Positions 60,776 through 64,000 of a DNA stretch of 64,000 bases are shown in pieces. The DNA is from an uncultured Alphaproteobacteria bacterium (GTDB lineage Bacteria; Pseudomonadota; Alphaproteobacteria; Rhizobiales; Xanthobacteraceae): the NCBI GenBank assembly GCA_963779545.1, contig CAVZYQ010000017.1, forward strand, positions 54,172 to 118,171, in the 5' to 3' direction. How positions within the stretch are numbered: position 1 is the stretch's first letter; every line of letters begins with the position of its first letter. The translations under genes and the position numbers were made by a program. Below the pieces are notes generated by a model. It did not search any database. It had not been told where the DNA came from and saw only the letters and a program-made list of their open reading frames with translations.

Positions 60776-61294
60776 ATGATCTGGATGCTGGACCGTACTG
60801 ACCTCGAGCCGCTGTTCTTTGCGCCGTTCGTTTCTTCGGTGATGAAGGTCGAGCCTGCGTGGATCGACTACAACGGCCATCTCAACATGGCCTACTACAA
60901 CGTGCTGTTCGACCGTTGCGTCGACGAGGCCTACGAGCTTCTGGGAATCGGGCAGACCTATCTCAACACTGAGAAGCATTCGACCTTCACGGCCGAAGCG
61001 CATGTGCGCTACCTGCGCGAAGTCCACGAGAACGATCCCGTCCGCGTGACGTTTCAGTTGCTCGACTACGACACCAAGCGCATCCACTATTTCCAGCAGC
61101 TCTTCCACGCAACCGACGGCTGGGTGTCGGCCACCTCGGAGAACATGACGCTGCACGTCGACATGACGGCAAAGAAGGTCGCGCCCTTCCCCGAGAAGGT
61201 CGCGCGCACGCTCGCCCGCATGAAGGCCGCGCACGCCCGCCTGCCGCGCCCCGAGGCCGCCGGCCGCGCCATCGCGATGCCGGAGAAGCGATAG
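60776..61294 (+). CDS. Hotdog-fold acyl-CoA thioesterase (4HBT family)
   Basis: Intact 172 aa. An alternative start is at 60785 (MLDRTDLEP). Confidence 0.7.
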   Translation: MIWMLDRTDLEPLFFAPFVSSVMKVEPAWIDYNGHLNMAYYNVLFDRCVDEAYELLGIGQTYLNTEKHSTFTAEAHVRYLREVHENDPVRVTFQLLDYDTKRIHYFQQLFHATDGWVSATSENMTLHVDMTAKKVAPFPEKVARTLARMKAAHARLPRPEAAGRAIAMPEKR

Positions 61295-61397
61295 TTTCAG
61301 CAGAATCGCAAAGCCTTACCCCTCGCCAAAGCGGGGGTGCGATGCCATTTTCAGGACTGGGATTCGCCGAAAACCGATCATTCAGGGCCCCTTCTTA

Positions 61398-63821
61398 GTG
61401 GCAGAGATTTCGCGTCAACAGATCACGGGAACTTCCGCGCCCGCGCCCGCCGCCGGCGGGATCGCGGCGCGTGCGCGTGCCAATGTGGCAGCGCCGTACC
61501 TCAACGGCCTCAATCCGGAACAGCGCGAGGCGGTCGAGACGCTCGACGGCCCGGTGCTGGTGCTGGCAGGCGCCGGAACCGGCAAGACCCGCGTGCTGAC
61601 GACACGCATCGCGCACATCCTCAGCCTCGGCAAAGCGCGCCCTTCGGAAATCCTCTCGGTCACCTTCACCAACAAGGCGGCGCGCGAGATGAAGACCCGC
61701 GTCGGCACGATGGTCGGACAGATCGTCGAGGGCATGCCTTGGCTCGGCACCTTCCATTCGATCGGCGTGAAGATCCTGCGCCGCCATGCCGAACTGGTCG
61801 GGCTGAAGCCCGACTTCACCATCCTCGACGTCGACGATCAGGTGCGGCTGCTGAAGCAGCAGCTCGCGGCCGCCAACATCGACGAGAAGCGCTGGCCGGG
61901 ACGCGTGCTCGCCTCGATCATCGACGGGTGGAAGAACCGCGGGCTTACGCCCGATAAAGTGCCGCCGGGCGAAGCCGCGACCTTTGCGAACGGGCGCGGC
62001 ATCGAACTCTACGCGTCGTATCAGGCGCGGCTGAAGGCTCTCAATGCCGCCGACTTCGGCGACCTGCTGATCGAGATGTTGCGCCTGTTCCGCGAGCACG
62101 AGGAAGTGCTGCGGCAATATCACCAGCGCTTCCGCTACGTGCTGGTCGACGAGTATCAGGACACGAACGTCGCGCAGTATCTCTGGCTGCGCCTGATCGG
62201 ACAGGGTTCGAAGAATCTGTGCTGCGTCGGGGACGACGACCAGTCGATCTACGGCTGGCGCGGCGCCGAGGTCGACAACATCCTGCGCTTCGAGCACGAC
62301 TTCCCCGGCGCGAAAGTCATTCGCCTCGAACGCAACTATCGCTCGACCGGCCATATCCTCGCCTCAGCTTCGCATCTGATCGCCCATAATGAAGGCCGCC
62401 TCGGCAAGACGCTGCGCACCGAAGACGAGCCGGGCGAGAAGGTCACCGTCACCGGCGCGTGGGATTCGGAAGAGGAAGCGCGCACGGTCGGCGAGGAGAT
62501 CGAAAATCTCCAGCGCGAGGGCCACTCGCTCGACGAGATCGCCATCCTGGTGCGCGCCTCGTTCCAGATGCGCGAGTTCGAAGACCGCTTCGTCACGCTC
62601 GGCCTCCCCTATCGCGTGATCGGCGGCCCGCGCTTCTACGAGCGCGCCGAGATCCGCGATGCGCTTGCGTATTTGCGTCTCGTCAATCAGCCCGCCGACG
62701 ACCTCGCGTTCGAGCGCATCATCAACACGCCGCGCCGCGGGCTTGGCGACGCAACGCTGCAACAGCTCCAGCTTCACGCGCGCCGTGCCAACGTGCCGTT
62801 GCTCGAAGCCGGACGCGAGCTGTCGCAATCCGAAGAACTCAAGGCCAAGCCACGCGGCGCGGTGCGCGATCTCGTCGCGGCATTCGACCGCTGGCGCGCG
62901 CAGAAGGACGCGCTGCCGCATACGGAGCTCGCCGAAATCATTCTCGATGAATCCGGCTACACCGAGATGTGGCAGAAGGATCGCTCGGCGGATGCTGCGG
63001 GACGGCTCGAAAACCTGAAAGAACTCGTGCGCTCGATGGACGAGTTCGAGAACCTGCAGGGCTTCCTCGAACACATCTCGCTCGTAATGGACACGTCCGA
63101 CAAGGGCGAGGCCGCCGAAGCCGTCTCGATCATGACGATGCATTCGGCCAAGGGACTCGAGTTCGACACCGTGTTCCTGCCCGGATGGGAAGAAGGCGTG
63201 CTGCCAAACCAGCGCGCACTCGACGATCAGGGCCGCGCAGGCCTCGAGGAGGAGCGCCGGCTCGCACATGTCGGGATCACGCGCGCACGGCGCCGGGCAA
63301 AAATATATTTCACCTCGAACCGGCGCATTCACGGCTCGTGGTCGTCGAGCATTCCGTCGCGCTTCCTCGATGAGTTGCCCGAGGCGAACGTCGAGGTGAC
63401 CGAGGCCAAAGGCTTCGGCAACTTCGGCCAGAACTATGGCGCCTCGCGCTTCGATCAGATGGAGAGCTTCGGCTCAAACTACACGACGCCCGGCTGGCAG
63501 CGCGCGCAGGCACGTAAAGCACGCGGCGGATTCGAGGAAGATACCGACGACTACGCGCAGGCCGAAACGATCGAAGACGCGCCGTCATCGTCCGCGAAGG
63601 CGCGCGCGAAACCGGGCAGGCGCCGCATGCCGCTCACCATCGAGGGCGAGCTGGTGGCGAAATCGACCGGCACCGTCTCGCCGTTCACGGCCGGCGACCG
63701 TGTGTTTCATCTGAAGTTCGGCAACGGCAATGTGACGCACATCGAGGGCAACAAGCTCACGATCCAGTTCGACAAGGCTGGCGAGAAACGCGTGGTCGAC
63801 AGCTTCGTCGAGCGGGTGTGA
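61398..63821 (+). CDS. uvrD: ATP-dependent DNA helicase UvrD/PcrA (SF1)
   Basis: Intact 807 aa with GTG start. Motifs LAGAGTGKT, VDEYQDTN and TMHSAKGLEF, plus a C-terminal Tudor-like tail. Confidence 0.9.
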   Translation: MAEISRQQITGTSAPAPAAGGIAARARANVAAPYLNGLNPEQREAVETLDGPVLVLAGAGTGKTRVLTTRIAHILSLGKARPSEILSVTFTNKAAREMKTRVGTMVGQIVEGMPWLGTFHSIGVKILRRHAELVGLKPDFTILDVDDQVRLLKQQLAAANIDEKRWPGRVLASIIDGWKNRGLTPDKVPPGEAATFANGRGIELYASYQARLKALNAADFGDLLIEMLRLFREHEEVLRQYHQRFRYVLVDEYQDTNVAQYLWLRLIGQGSKNLCCVGDDDQSIYGWRGAEVDNILRFEHDFPGAKVIRLERNYRSTGHILASASHLIAHNEGRLGKTLRTEDEPGEKVTVTGAWDSEEEARTVGEEIENLQREGHSLDEIAILVRASFQMREFEDRFVTLGLPYRVIGGPRFYERAEIRDALAYLRLVNQPADDLAFERIINTPRRGLGDATLQQLQLHARRANVPLLEAGRELSQSEELKAKPRGAVRDLVAAFDRWRAQKDALPHTELAEIILDESGYTEMWQKDRSADAAGRLENLKELVRSMDEFENLQGFLEHISLVMDTSDKGEAAEAVSIMTMHSAKGLEFDTVFLPGWEEGVLPNQRALDDQGRAGLEEERRLAHVGITRARRRAKIYFTSNRRIHGSWSSSIPSRFLDELPEANVEVTEAKGFGNFGQNYGASRFDQMESFGSNYTTPGWQRAQARKARGGFEEDTDDYAQAETIEDAPSSSAKARAKPGRRRMPLTIEGELVAKSTGTVSPFTAGDRVFHLKFGNGNVTHIEGNKLTIQFDKAGEKRVVDSFVERV

Positions 63822-64000
63822 CGGCGGCGGCGCGGTCTTCACATCACGTTACAATCGGTTTCGCCGCGCGGAAGCGAGAGTAATTTTCCAACATTTTTCA
63901 ACAAAGCGGTTGCTTTTCACGCCAAGGCGGCAGCGCTAGAATGCGCAAACATTGCGGTTGCGATTATCCCCGCGAAAGCGCAGTGTGCGCCCGGCTAAAC

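Overview
This is a visibly GC-rich 64-kb chromosomal segment. By inference it comes from an alphaproteobacterium of the Bradyrhizobium/Rhodopseudomonas/Afipia type (Nitrobacteraceae). The evidence for that is a circularly permuted two-piece tmRNA gene with tag ANDNYAPVAQAA next to an alpha-type sspB, many Bug/TctC binding proteins, hflKC-DUF2065-degP synteny, and nested-palindrome intergenic repeats.

Gene content, in order:
- a Dpp/Opp-type ABC importer and cytochrome P460
- a catabolic cluster: ADP-forming acyl-CoA synthetase, SCP2, hydrolase, PrpD-like, CMD, dehydrogenase, TRAP binding protein, shikimate-DH-like
- an esterase, an SsuBC-like ABC pair and a sulfatase-like transferase
- the ilvI-ilvH-ilvC operon
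- M20 peptidase, HAD, MsrQ-like, miaA/serB, MFS, DegP, AI-2E transporter, hflKC
- thyA-GNAT-folA
- a TctCBA transporter with aromatic ring-hydroxylation/cleavage genes
- ssrA, sspB, P450, fumC, DUF4169/RHH pair, AsmA, FAD oxidase, ICMT-type methyltransferase
- a wHTH-hydrolase fusion, a thioesterase and uvrD

I found no rRNA, tRNA, CRISPR array, transposase, integrase or prophage genes.

Most noteworthy observations:
1. Two unrecognisable ORFs are wedged into both intercistronic junctions of ilvI-ilvH-ilvC. One carries a caspase/CHAT-like His/Cys strand pattern.
2. An Ile/Leu/Val-rich leader peptide plus terminator lies upstream of ilvI.
3. A roughly 0.45-kb hairpin-dense non-coding region sits upstream of ssrA, behind a promoter that carries a perfect palindrome. 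It holds five stem-loops that share a YUCGCAA loop but have different stems.
4. A 37 % GC island follows fumC.
5. About 25 of roughly 60 protein genes are interrupted by single-base frameshifts, in a strikingly patchy pattern. This is either indel-type assembly error or real gene decay, and I cannot tell which from the sequence alone.

All homology calls come from reading the supplied translations, not from database searches.
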